The position numbers and the translations under genes are program-made. Shown here piece after piece: positions 1 to 8,838 of a stretch of DNA of 59,756 nucleotides. Source of the stretch: an uncultured bacterium (GTDB taxonomy: Bacteria > Patescibacteriota > Minisyncoccia > Phycocordibacterales > PALSA-1337); assembly GCA_903839725.1 (NCBI GenBank), contig CAIMDG010000001.1, positions 173,559 through 233,314 of the forward strand, read 5' to 3'. The first letter of the stretch is position 1, and the number at the start of each line of letters is the position of its first letter. The notes below the pieces were generated by a model, which worked only from the letters and a program-made list of their open reading frames with translations, was not told the DNA's origin and did not search any database.

Positions 1-601
1 TGAGTGGCTTTCCAAATGCAGTAATATCTTTTTGAATTGTTTGTATTTTTGTATCAAACTCCTCACGCATTGTGGCTACTACTTCGCTCGCTGTTACATT
101 TGGATAGAAAAAATAGGTATCTGGAAATAGATATCCTTCATATGGTTGTCCGAGTGCTACAAAAGCGGGTGCATTAAAACGAGGAATAGCTTTGAGAAGG
201 AGCCAAGCAATTTCGCGTACATTCTTGCCTTCCGGAATAGTTACTTTCAATTTTGGCAATCCTTGTGCACCCGACAACGTTCGCTCAACTACTTTAATTA
301 CTGACTGTGGAGTATTGAATAGATATTCTCCTGCTTTGATTTTACTGTGACCACTCAAGAGTACGACATATACCTTGTACATGAATGCTGAACGAATAAT
401 ACCCTGTTGAGCAAGTACGTCAGCTGTCTCTGAAAGCCCCATATCTCTCTTGATTGCTATAATTTTGCCTTCGGGAATATGTTGAGGTGCTATTGATCCT
501 GCTAGTACCATAGCAGTGGTTACGATGACGCAAAACAAAAGAGCGCTACATGCAACTCTGTTGTTTATACATATTCTTTTTGCACGGTGACGTATCGACA
601 T
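1..601 (-). CDS. mltG: Endolytic murein transglycosylase MltG/YceG-like (partial, C-terminus beyond left edge)
   Basis: Not in ORF track because it runs off the window. Reverse translation from ATG at 601 gives MSIRHRAKRI, a TM segment, then KAGEYLF, LKVTIPEG and GYLFPDTYFF, typical YceG/MltG motifs. Confidence 0.75.
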   Translation of the reverse strand, partial: MSIRHRAKRICINNRVACSALLFCVIVTTAMVLAGSIAPQHIPEGKIIAIKRDMGLSETADVLAQQGIIRSAFMYKVYVVLLSGHSKIKAGEYLFNTPQSVIKVVERTLSGAQGLPKLKVTIPEGKNVREIAWLLLKAIPRFNAPAFVALGQPYEGYLFPDTYFFYPNVTASEVVATMREEFDTKIQTIQKDITAFGKPL

Positions 602-606
602 GGGTA

Positions 607-1881
607 TTAGACAGGAAGATTACTTGGTGCGCCAGATTTCTTTGAAGGAATACGTGTGAGACCTGGTGTTCCTGAAACTGAGCCTGGGAAGTGATATACA
701 GTTGCTAGTTCCTCAACGTTGAGCACCAAGGGCTTTGCTTTGTATGGCTCATAAAAATATGAACGGCGTTTGTAAGCAGCGAGGCCTCGTCTTCCAAATT
801 TGTTTCTACGTATATTGTTGTAATCTTGCCACGGATAGGTCAATTGTGGGTGCCATTTATTACCATTAGGCTTAAAACCATTCAAATGCTCATAACGGTA
901 GTGTCCAAACGAAGAAATAACGCCCCCAACTCCAAATGGAGTGTCAAAAGATTCTTTCGGCGCAATATACAGAGCACGAATACCCACATCAAATGGAGTT
1001 TTCGATATACTACGTTCAAGAGCGGCAACAATTTCTTGTTCACCTTTGGTAATAGTAGGCAGTTTTGAATATCCAGTATCAGGATTGACTTCGCCGGCAA
1101 CTTTGGTCTTTTTGTCACGAAGTAATATTTTGTTAACTTCAGCTTCAGCTTGGTCTTTCCACAAATCTGTTTGCTTGAATAGGTGTCCTGGTTTACGCTG
1201 TTCTTTTTTGTGTCCACGAATCATGAACTGAATCCAGACTTGTTGATTCGGTGGTACACTTCCCAAAAATTCAATCATTGGCGTCATAGGATCAACTTTG
1301 AATTCTTCCTTAGGGTCTTTGTCGAGACCATAGTCAACGTAGGTTTTGATCGGATATGGATCAGCTTTGGTAAATACGAATTCACCGCACCATATACGAA
1401 TTTTCTTGGGATCAAAATGCAGACCCTTGGTATAGTCTTCACGCTCAATGATTTCTATTTCAGGATACTGTGAATACAAGCCAGACATAACGCCGGCCTT
1501 ACGACGGTCTTCTGTCCATATGAAAAATTTGACTTGTCCTTCAACAGAAATAAGTTCAAGCGAATACCATGGTCGCGTCTCACCTTTCCAATACATTGAA
1601 TACCAATTTTCTCCTGAAATGTTATGAAGAGATGTCAAAAATAGTTCCATCGCCAAAGGAGACTTGAATGTATCTTTTGGTAGTTTGAGTTCGAGAACGG
1701 TATATTTGAGCGAGAGGAATTGTTTTGACTGTACGTATTGAACCCAGACATACCAAAATATTTCAGCAAGAATAATAACAATTACAATGGGAGAAAAAAA
1801 TATTACATAATGTAACACTTCAGGCCCTATCAATGTTTTGAGTTCTGGAAAGAGTGCGTAAAATAGAGCTTCAATAGTCAT
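607..1881 (-). CDS. Hypothetical membrane-anchored protein (N-terminal TM helices, large soluble domain)
   Basis: 424-aa ORF. Hydrophobic N-terminus (VIFFSPIVIVIILAEIFWYVWV). Stop is 5 nt before the mltG start, so probably co-transcribed. No family recognised. Confidence 0.6.
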   Translation of the reverse strand: MTIEALFYALFPELKTLIGPEVLHYVIFFSPIVIVIILAEIFWYVWVQYVQSKQFLSLKYTVLELKLPKDTFKSPLAMELFLTSLHNISGENWYSMYWKGETRPWYSLELISVEGQVKFFIWTEDRRKAGVMSGLYSQYPEIEIIEREDYTKGLHFDPKKIRIWCGEFVFTKADPYPIKTYVDYGLDKDPKEEFKVDPMTPMIEFLGSVPPNQQVWIQFMIRGHKKEQRKPGHLFKQTDLWKDQAEAEVNKILLRDKKTKVAGEVNPDTGYSKLPTITKGEQEIVAALERSISKTPFDVGIRALYIAPKESFDTPFGVGGVISSFGHYRYEHLNGFKPNGNKWHPQLTYPWQDYNNIRRNKFGRRGLAAYKRRSYFYEPYKAKPLVLNVEELATVYHFPGSVSGTPGLTRIPSKKSGAPSNLPV

Positions 1882-1904
1882 GAGCTAATTATAGCAGTAC
1901 ATAG

Positions 1905-1947
1905 CATAAAAGTTAAAGTCCAGAAGAGTGAACTTCTGGACTTTAAC
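1905..1947 (-). terminator. Rho-independent terminator after the sigma-like HTH gene
   Basis: Perfect 15-bp stem (gttaaagtccagaag / cttctggactttaac) with a 6-nt loop, followed on the minus strand by a T run. Confidence 0.7.
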
Positions 1948-1966
1948 GTAGGCTTTATTGTTGAGA

Positions 1967-3001
1967 TTATGCTGCACTATACTTTCCTTCTTTGTCTTTC
2001 TTAAAATATTTTGGATTCTGAAGATTGACGATGATGGTATTTTCTTTGACGTAACGTTCCTTCATAACCTTGTCGATGATTTCATCTTTGGTAAGAGGGT
2101 TGTTCTTTGAAATGACTGAACGGATAACATCACGTACAACACCAGGAGCATATCCCCATTCTGCGAGGGCGTAGAGACCGCGACCAACGAGAACGAAACG
2201 AGGATCCTTGATGAGTTCGTTGTGGGTCGTAGCTACGTGAGCCTTTTTGTTAAAGAGAACTGTAATCTGTTTTGCAACATCTCTAAAGTGAATTGGTGAT
2301 CCATGCTTGCGGATAACGAGGAATGCATAGTCACGCATACCCTTAGTCTTGATGTTTGAAGAATCTGCAACTCCCCAATCTCCAAGAGCATTCTTGCCGA
2401 TAGATTTTGATATTGCCAACCAACGCTTCACGACTTCTTGGTTTTTGTAACGTTCTGATACATCTTCGAGATGCTCGAGGAACTTTGAAACCATTTCTGA
2501 TTCAGGAAGTAATTGCTGATTGTCGAGGTGTGCGTACAATTTACGGAGAGCATCTTCAACTTGCTTTGAGAGAGCTTCATTCACATGCCAACGATGACGG
2601 AAATCATCATCTTCTTTGAATTTCTTGAATGGTTCACCAACAACCAAAAGGAAGTGAACATGATTCTGGAGACTCTTATCCTTTGACACATGGCCAAGGA
2701 AATCATCTTCAACAACAATACCACCGAGAGAGTGGAGGAGAGTTTCTATTTCTGTAAATGCAGCCTTTTCTTGTTTGTATTCTTCAGATTTTCGAACATT
2801 GGCAATGCCATAGTTCTCGATCTGGCGAACACGCTCGCGAGTAATGCCATACTTCTTGCCGATAGCATCCAAGGTCATGCGCTTGGTATCTGTACCGAGA
2901 CCATAGCGAAACACAAGGACTTCACGTGCACGATCAGGCAAAGACGACAAAAGACGCTTTACGGTTTGTTTTGGTTTAAATGAAATAGAAGCGGTTGCCA
3001 T
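1967..3001 (-). CDS. Sigma-70 region-4-like HTH DNA-binding protein
   Basis: The N-terminus (LPDRAREVLVFRYGL...MTLDAIGKKYGITRERVRQIE) matches the sigma-70 region 4 HTH pattern. The long C-terminal domain is unassigned. Confidence 0.7.
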   Translation of the reverse strand: MATASISFKPKQTVKRLLSSLPDRAREVLVFRYGLGTDTKRMTLDAIGKKYGITRERVRQIENYGIANVRKSEEYKQEKAAFTEIETLLHSLGGIVVEDDFLGHVSKDKSLQNHVHFLLVVGEPFKKFKEDDDFRHRWHVNEALSKQVEDALRKLYAHLDNQQLLPESEMVSKFLEHLEDVSERYKNQEVVKRWLAISKSIGKNALGDWGVADSSNIKTKGMRDYAFLVIRKHGSPIHFRDVAKQITVLFNKKAHVATTHNELIKDPRFVLVGRGLYALAEWGYAPGVVRDVIRSVISKNNPLTKDEIIDKVMKERYVKENTIIVNLQNPKYFKKDKEGKYSAA

Positions 3002-3137
3002 ATGATTATTAATGACTATTAGTATAGTTACGTTTTATCATCTTCTTGTAGTAAAGTCAATCTTGTGGGGATATCCTGTACTTACTCTTATAATTACTGT
3101 GTGAATACACTACCACTAATGTGGTATAATTGTCAAA

Positions 3138-6083
3138 TTACACCACAACTATGTTAACGAGTCGTTTTGGAACGACGATAACTTTGACAACTTTTTTACC
3201 CTCAATCCACTTTTGAGTTTCTGGTAAACTTTTTGCCTTGAGTTCAAGATCTGCATTGCTACAATCGGTGGCTACTACAAAGGATCCCCTGACTTTTCCA
3301 TTCACCTGAACAATGATGGTAATTTCAGTATCAATGACTTGGGCTGGGTCATATTTGGGCCACGTAGAGACATGAATGGACTTCTTATTCCCGAGAGAGA
3401 TCCATAGCTCCTCAGTTGCATGTGGTGCAAATGGTGCCAAGAGCTTGAGTATAGATTCATAGTGTTCACGTGCTATAGAACTATTCGCATCAATTTCATT
3501 GATTGCAATCATAAGTGCACTAATGGCAGTGTTGAAACGAAGCCCTTGAATATCATCAGTAACTTTTTTTATTGCACGATGAACACTCTTTGTTATCGCC
3601 AAATTTGTTGTTGGTGTGGTTCCATTTTCATCAATTTTTTCTCTGAGTTTCCAAACCTTCTCTATAAATCGGCGACTACCGACCATGCTCGATGTACTCC
3701 ACGCTATCTGTTGTTCAAATGGACCCATAAACATTTCATACAGACGCAATGTATCAGCTCCATATGTCGCAACGATATCATCGGGGTTAACTACGTTGCC
3801 ATAGCGCTTCCCCATCTTCCTGCCATCTTCACCCATGATGAGTCCGACACTCTGTAATTTTTTGAATGGTTCGATGGTTGACACAACGCCTATGTCAAAC
3901 AAGAACTTATGCCAGAAACGTGCATAGATGAGGTGACGCGTTGCATGTTCTGCACCACCTATGTAGAGATCGACTGGTGACCAGTACTTTTCATTCTTGG
4001 CACTAACGAGAGCTTTTGTATTTTTTGCGTCCATATAGCGGAGGTAATACCACGATGAACCAGCCCACTGAGGCATCGTATTTGTTTCGCGCTTTGCTTT
4101 GCCTTTGCATTGTGGACATTTTACATTGACCCACTTTGTAATAGCCACCAAAGGAGATTCTCCTGTGCCAGTTGGTTCGTACGAAGTCACTTTCGGTAAT
4201 TTCACCGGAAGATCCTTCTCAGGAACTGCCACAACTCCACATTTCTCGCAGTGAATGAGTGGCATTGGCTCTCCCCAGTAGCGCTGACGTGAGAATACCC
4301 AATCTCGGAGTTTATATGTTGTCTTTAAACTACCTCCAGCGTATTCCGTAATAGAACGTTTTACTTCAGCAGAAGTTTTTCCATCGAATGATCCTGAGTT
4401 TATGAGCATGCCATAGTCTGTAAATGCATCTGCGTTTCCCTTGAATCGCTCCCAGAATATAGGATTGAATGGTCGACCTGCAAGATAGGTGCCTATTTCA
4501 TCTTCTGAAAGCCATATGGTTTCGTGGAGCTTCTTTTCTTCTTCTGAAATTTCAACATGATCTCCATCTATTAACTCAAAATACAACGGATGCAACAGTG
4601 CCATACGGTTTTGATTTCCATTCTTGGAATAATAACGATATACGACAGGATTACCCAACGATTTTACGAATCGAGCATTCTTGTAACCCGTCTCTTCGAG
4701 AATTTCTCGCATACCTGCCTTTTCGTATGACTCATCACCATCAACTCCTCCAGCTACACCAACAACGATGTCTTTACCGAGATCAGCAAGGCCTTTTTTA
4801 TTCAAGAATAAATATTTATTTTCTGACCAATGTTTTATGATGCATACAACTGTAGGACGAATAACTTCAGGCTCATTCGATCTCCACGCATCACTCGAAT
4901 ATTCACTCACAAATAACGGTGCAATCACTTCTTTGATCGGCAATTTGAACTTTTTTGCAAAAGCCCAATCACGTTCGTCATGTGCAGGAACAGCCATAAC
5001 CGCACCAGTACCATAATCAGCGAGTACATAATCAGAAATCCATACAGGGATCTCTGCTTTATTGACGGGATTGATAACCTTGATACCCTTAAGCTCAACA
5101 CCAGTTTTATCCTTCTTGGCATCAGTACGCTCAATCTCTGTCTCAAGCTTGGCTTTTGAAATGTACTCTTCAACTTCTCCTCTATTTAAAACAGTAGAAA
5201 GTAATTCCTGTACTAATGTGTGTTCAGGTGCGAGTACAACATACGTGACACCAAATAAGGTATCAGGTCGGGTCGAAAACACTTCAACATTTCTTTGTGT
5301 ATTACTTGATTCTTTAGAATTTGATATTTGAAATTGTATCAACGCTCCTTCACTCTTACCTATCCAATTTCGCTGAGACTCTTTGATAGCCTCAGGCCAA
5401 TCAAGAATACTTTTGTCGTTTGCTTTTGCATCCAAATCATTCAATAGTCTATCTGCGTAATCGGTAATTTTAAGCACCCACTGACGAAGTGGTTTCTTCT
5501 CAACTGGAGTGCCACAGCGCTCACAGCGCCCATCTTCGAGATCTTCGTTAGCCAAGCCAGTCTTACATGATGGACACCAGTTAATAGGCTCGAATGATTG
5601 GTACGCCAAGCCTTTCTTGAATAACTGCAAGAATATCCATTGAGTCCAACGATAGTACGCGGGATCTGTCGTGTTAATTTCTCGTGACCAATCATAGTCA
5701 AAACCTAAAATTTCCAATTGTTTCTTGTATCGAGCAACGTTTTTCTTTACGCCAATTTCAGGATGAGTCTGTGTTTTGAGTGCATAATTTTCTGCAGGAA
5801 GTCCGAAGGCGTCAAATCCCATGGGATGTAAAACGGACTTTCCATTCATGCGCTGAAAACGAGAAACAATGTCAGTTGCAATATATCCCTTGGGATGACC
5901 GACGTGAAGTCCTTCTCCTGAAGGATATGGGAACATGTCGAGTACATAAAATTTCTCCTTTCGGGAATCTTCTTTCGTTTTGTATATTTTCTTACTTGTC
6001 CATTTTTTCTGCCACTTGTTTTCTATTGCAGCTGGGTCATAGGCTGGAAATGCCTTAAGTTTCTTTTTCATAGGATGAATCAT
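3138..6083 (-). CDS. leuS: Leucyl-tRNA synthetase with an inserted Nudix domain
   Basis: Class I motifs HVGHPKGY (HIGH) and KMGKRYGN (KMSKS) are present, plus RDWVFSRQRYWGEP and the CP1 editing region. At 981 aa it is longer than typical because of the insert at aa 388-555. Confidence 0.95.
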   Translation of the reverse strand: MIHPMKKKLKAFPAYDPAAIENKWQKKWTSKKIYKTKEDSRKEKFYVLDMFPYPSGEGLHVGHPKGYIATDIVSRFQRMNGKSVLHPMGFDAFGLPAENYALKTQTHPEIGVKKNVARYKKQLEILGFDYDWSREINTTDPAYYRWTQWIFLQLFKKGLAYQSFEPINWCPSCKTGLANEDLEDGRCERCGTPVEKKPLRQWVLKITDYADRLLNDLDAKANDKSILDWPEAIKESQRNWIGKSEGALIQFQISNSKESSNTQRNVEVFSTRPDTLFGVTYVVLAPEHTLVQELLSTVLNRGEVEEYISKAKLETEIERTDAKKDKTGVELKGIKVINPVNKAEIPVWISDYVLADYGTGAVMAVPAHDERDWAFAKKFKLPIKEVIAPLFVSEYSSDAWRSNEPEVIRPTVVCIIKHWSENKYLFLNKKGLADLGKDIVVGVAGGVDGDESYEKAGMREILEETGYKNARFVKSLGNPVVYRYYSKNGNQNRMALLHPLYFELIDGDHVEISEEEKKLHETIWLSEDEIGTYLAGRPFNPIFWERFKGNADAFTDYGMLINSGSFDGKTSAEVKRSITEYAGGSLKTTYKLRDWVFSRQRYWGEPMPLIHCEKCGVVAVPEKDLPVKLPKVTSYEPTGTGESPLVAITKWVNVKCPQCKGKAKRETNTMPQWAGSSWYYLRYMDAKNTKALVSAKNEKYWSPVDLYIGGAEHATRHLIYARFWHKFLFDIGVVSTIEPFKKLQSVGLIMGEDGRKMGKRYGNVVNPDDIVATYGADTLRLYEMFMGPFEQQIAWSTSSMVGSRRFIEKVWKLREKIDENGTTPTTNLAITKSVHRAIKKVTDDIQGLRFNTAISALMIAINEIDANSSIAREHYESILKLLAPFAPHATEELWISLGNKKSIHVSTWPKYDPAQVIDTEITIIVQVNGKVRGSFVVATDCSNADLELKAKSLPETQKWIEGKKVVKVIVVPKRLVNIVVV

Positions 6084-6147
6084 AGCTCAAAACTAACTTA
6101 TTTTCAAAAGATACGGGCACTCTTTACTTTAATGCTCACGTAATAAC

Positions 6148-6175
6148 AAAAATGCCTGTCGTTGTTACGACAGGC
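6148..6175 (-). terminator. Rho-independent terminator
   Basis: 8-bp GC-rich stem (gcctgtcg / cgacaggc) with a 6-nt loop, followed by T5 on the minus strand. Lies downstream of the small ORFs at 6196-6512. Confidence 0.6.
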
Positions 6176-6195
6176 AAGAAATTTCACGCTATGAA

Positions 6196-6366
6196 TCAAT
6201 GTATTGGCAAATGACACATCTCGTAAACGAGGACGGCAGCCATCACAATGATAAGCAGAACAGGCAGAATCAAATCAGTTTTTGCGCTTCCGCTCGAGAC
6301 CGATTTGTGTTGAGAAGGTTGTTCACCTGAACAAGATTGTATTTTTCTGAAATCAAATGCGTTCAT
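6196..6366 (-). CDS. Possible 56-aa membrane peptide
   Basis: Below the ORF-track cutoff. Sequence MNAFDFRKIQ...LILPVLLIIVMAAVLVYEM has one TM segment. A terminator lies just downstream. Speculative. Confidence 0.3.
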   Translation of the reverse strand: MNAFDFRKIQSCSGEQPSQHKSVSSGSAKTDLILPVLLIIVMAAVLVYEMCHLPIH

Positions 6367-6368
6367 AT

Positions 6369-6512
6369 TTATTTCAATTTGAAAAATGCAATTACGAAGC
6401 GTCCAGCGATTCCGACTATACAGATCACAAATAGCAGAATACCGCTTGTTGCCATGATAAACCCACCACCACCGCGCATGTGAGTGCGCGTTCTATGTTT
6501 GTACGTGCTCAT
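6369..6512 (-). CDS. Possible 47-aa membrane peptide
   Basis: Sequence MSTYKHRTRTHMRGGGGFIMATSGILLFVICIVGIAGRFVIAFFKLK has one TM segment. Its stop is 2 nt before the next small ORF. Speculative. Confidence 0.3.
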   Translation of the reverse strand: MSTYKHRTRTHMRGGGGFIMATSGILLFVICIVGIAGRFVIAFFKLK

Positions 6513-6701
6513 ATGTCAAGGTCCGAATACCGAGGTGTGTCGCAACATGCGCCATCAATCTCGGAAAGTTCATTGCACACAACGGGTGTGCAAGGCAAAA
6601 TCGTAGCACCTCTATACTCTTGTGTCAATCGGATATCTGTGGTCAAATTGTAGACCTTTTTAGGCGTCAAAAAATGCCTATACTGAGGTCTTTTACAGGT
6701 A

Positions 6702-6730
6702 TTGACATATTTACAAAGTTGTATTACTAA
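6702..6730 (+). promoter_or_regulatory. Sigma-70-like promoter (TTGACA, 17 nt, TACTAA)
   Basis: Consensus -35 at 6702-6707, a 17-nt spacer, and a -10-like TACTAA at 6725-6730. No protein-like ORF lies downstream. Confidence 0.4.
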
Positions 6731-6736
6731 GAAATA

Positions 6737-6926
6737 TTCTGGCTGGCTTAGATCAGTATAGTTTGATATCTTTTTTACGAGCGCTCGAAGTACAAAGATG
6801 TCAGAGTTTGTTGGTAGGGTGCCGAACGGATGAACCCGTGGTTTTTATCTTTTCCCTATACGGGGGACGTGAACGCACTGTCCAACAAAATGCTCAAAGC
6901 CGGTGGTCGATGATCACCGGCTTTTT
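6737..6926 (+). ncRNA. Candidate small RNA of about 190 nt, unclassified
   Basis: Bounded by the promoter at 6702-6730 and the terminator at 6899-6926. More GC-rich than the flanks. The only ORF across it (6763-7155) is not protein-like. Confidence 0.3.
6899..6926 (+). terminator. Rho-independent terminator
   Basis: 7-bp stem gccggtg / caccggc followed by T5. Confidence 0.7.
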
Positions 6927-7097
6927 AATTTATACGTATTTGACTACTATGCCCTACTCAAGTACTGTTCGGAACGGAAGACGCCTCACGATGCAGGCCT
7001 TTTTGCAGAACAAAGACATGAAGTGTCATGACTCCTGGTGGCCCGCAGTTTCGGCCAAGGCTTGGCTTAGGTCAAGGTGCCACTTTGTGGCTGCAAA

Positions 7098-7142
7098 CCC
7101 CGTTCCAATAGATCTGAGGATCTGGAGCGGGGCCACTTTTTT
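7098..7142 (+). terminator. Compound stem-loop with T6 (terminator, possibly bidirectional)
   Basis: Outer stem ccccgttcc / ggagcgggg encloses inner stem agatc / gatct, followed by ccac and tttttt. Confidence 0.6.
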
Positions 7143-7323
7143 ACCTAAATCCTAAACTCTATAACAGTACCATCTTCTCAACAAGTTGGGCTTATTGTCA
7201 AAATAGCCCTATAATCCTTGAGATTCGTCGATTTGCCCGTCTATTAAGCCCACAAATGCCATTTTACGGCCTTAATAGGCGAGCAACTCTTTTTTGTTAA
7301 TTTTCAAAATGCTTACAACAAGG

Positions 7324-7332
7324 ATTATACCA
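7324..7332 (-). promoter_or_regulatory. Extended -10 promoter element TGGTATAAT
   Basis: The reverse complement reads TGGTATAAT. Identical 11-nt context (attataccaag) to the copy at 7494-7502. Confidence 0.35.
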
Positions 7333-7340
7333 AGCGGTTG

Positions 7341-7487
7341 TTACATAGCAAGCTCCTTTGGCTTGTGTTTTCCCCACCTCACTTTTGCAGCCAAACGACC
7401 AATAGTCTGGTAGTGTTTCTTACCATACTTTTTCTTGGTCTTTTGACCACCCTTTTTTCCGAGCGCTTGTGCGGCCTTGTTCTTCAC
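7341..7487 (-). CDS. Possible 48-aa lysine-rich small protein (KGG-type tail ending in RW)
   Basis: GTG start 6 nt after an extended -10. Sequence KNKAAQALGKKGGQKTKKKYGKKHYQTIGRLAAKVRWGKH resembles small basic proteins common in mobile elements. No ATG start. Confidence 0.35.
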   Translation of the reverse strand: MKNKAAQALGKKGGQKTKKKYGKKHYQTIGRLAAKVRWGKHKPKELAM

Positions 7488-7493
7488 CAGGTA

Positions 7494-7502
7494 ATTATAC
7501 CA
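7494..7502 (-). promoter_or_regulatory. Extended -10 promoter element TGGTATAAT
   Basis: The reverse complement reads TGGTATAAT, directly upstream of the small basic ORF. Confidence 0.35.
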
Positions 7503-7525
7503 AGTGCTTACTATTTACGAAAGGC

Positions 7526-8443
7526 CTATTTTCCTCTAAATTTGCGATATCTTTGTTCAGCCTGTTTTCCGTACATCATGGTGTAAACCATTGAGCTCTC
7601 AATGCAGGAGTGGCCGAGGATATTTGTGACATCTGAGTTCGATCCTCCTTTTTCTATGATATTTCTACCCATATAGTGTCTCATTGAGTGAGCATTCATA
7701 TTCTTCTCAAGACCTGCTTTATTTGAATATCCTCGCAGCATTTCACAGACGCCACTTTGTTTGAATCTGTATCCTCTGGTTTTGTTTGCTCCAGAGTTAT
7801 GGATTGATATAAATAATGCATTAGGATCACGCAGGACATTTCCACGCTTGAATCGCTCCCGACGTTCTATCCATTTCTGAATCGCCTTGCTTGTTTCTTC
7901 AGTCCAGAAAATTTCTCGTAATGGTCTGCGAGTTTTTGCTTTCTCAGTCTTAATCAATGCTTTGTTGTTTACAAGATCGAGATCATCCATGTCGAGTGCC
8001 ATAATTTCTCCATTTCTCGCACCTGTATCCCAGAGCAATCTGACAATCGCCTCGTTTCTTACATTTCTAGGATCAGTATTTTGAGGGATGACACTGAGCA
8101 ATTTCTTGTACTCCTCTTGAGTCGCAACTCGAGGTATCTTGTATTCCTTCTGAGGAATCGGTATAAGGTTTTCGTTGAGGACCCTCCACCCTCTCAAATT
8201 GCAAAATTCAAAAAACTTTTTATATGCCATACATTTTGAGACGAAGCTATTGTGTGACCATCCGATCTCTTTCATTAAATTCAAATATTCCATCATGTTG
8301 TTTAACGTGATGTCTTCAATCTGTGGGTTACGCAAAAATAGGCAAAAAAGACGAAGGTCTTTGTCATTGCCTCTGGTGGTAGTGCCGTTTATCTTAAACG
8401 TGCGCCAATTTGTAAATTCATCTATAGCATCTTTGAATAGCAT
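7526..8443 (-). CDS. Tyrosine recombinase / phage-type integrase (XerC/D-like)
   Basis: Carries WDTGARNGE (catalytic Arg), HSMRH, LGH and a C-terminal Tyr (VYTMMY). The track ORF starts at a TTG (8479); the ATG at 8443 (MLFKDAIDEF) is preferred. Confidence 0.85.
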   Translation of the reverse strand: MLFKDAIDEFTNWRTFKINGTTTRGNDKDLRLFCLFLRNPQIEDITLNNMMEYLNLMKEIGWSHNSFVSKCMAYKKFFEFCNLRGWRVLNENLIPIPQKEYKIPRVATQEEYKKLLSVIPQNTDPRNVRNEAIVRLLWDTGARNGEIMALDMDDLDLVNNKALIKTEKAKTRRPLREIFWTEETSKAIQKWIERRERFKRGNVLRDPNALFISIHNSGANKTRGYRFKQSGVCEMLRGYSNKAGLEKNMNAHSMRHYMGRNIIEKGGSNSDVTNILGHSCIESSMVYTMMYGKQAEQRYRKFRGK

Positions 8444-8456
8444 ATCAGTCAACCAA

Positions 8457-8489
8457 AAAGTCCACTCGATGCTAGTCAAAGTGGACTTT
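8457..8489. terminator. 10-bp stem-loop flanked by A and T runs at the integrase 5' end
   Basis: Stem aaagtccact / agtggacttt with a 13-nt loop. T runs follow on both strands. Confidence 0.5.
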
Positions 8490-8800
8490 TGGTGACGTCA
8501 GCTTCTTAATGAATTAATCGGCTTACGTCATTCCCAAGCTTGGGATACATACCCTTTCGGATATGCATTATCATCTTACTATCCCTACATGAATTAGCAA
8601 GATAAATGCTTGGGTCAAGTCCATTGCTAGCATCAGGCTGTTTCAGTAGCCTAATCCCTCTCGGGACAATGGGTAAATATTCGGTTGTGCACTACATCCT
8701 AGTGTAGTGATTAGCTATTGTCAAGAAGGACTTTCTATTTTGTAGTGCTGTAAAATGAAAATAGCCAAAATGTCAAGCAAAATAAGGGTATTTTGAGTAT

Positions 8801-8838
8801 TAAAAATAAAAGTCGCATCGTTTCTTAGGCGATGCGAC
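8801..8838 (-). terminator. Rho-independent terminator of the 338-aa gene
   Basis: 9-bp stem gtcgcatcg / cgatgcgac, followed on the minus strand by TTTTATTTTT. Confidence 0.7.

Noticed and set aside
6737-7146. tmRNA, SRP RNA, RNase P RNA or 6S RNA as the identity of the structured block
   Set aside because: I found no tRNA-like T arm or CCA end, no tag ORF, no GGAA/AGCA SRP domain IV motif, and no GAGGAAAGUCC P4 motif on either strand. The short resemblances (agggtgcc, gaacccg) are adjacent rather than spaced as in RNase P. The block is left unclassified.
6763-7155. 130-aa plus-strand ORF from the track
   Set aside because: It starts at a TTG, runs straight through a strong intrinsic terminator (6899-6926), and has W/C/R-rich, non-protein-like composition. 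It is better explained as structured non-coding sequence.
7218-7233. 14/15 inverted match of tgagattcgtcgat with sequence at 44009-44026
   Set aside because: The right copy is part of the ychF terminator stem. The orientation is inverted rather than direct as expected for integrase att sites, and it was found after many comparisons.
8651-8671. Similarity of aatccctctcgggacaatggg to gatcccttttgggacaatgat at 43551-43571, as possible attL/attR
   Set aside because: About 20 of 24 positions match. A rough estimate gives on the order of one such match by chance in a 60-kb window. The integrase would lie outside the segment so defined, and the right copy sits between two phage genes.
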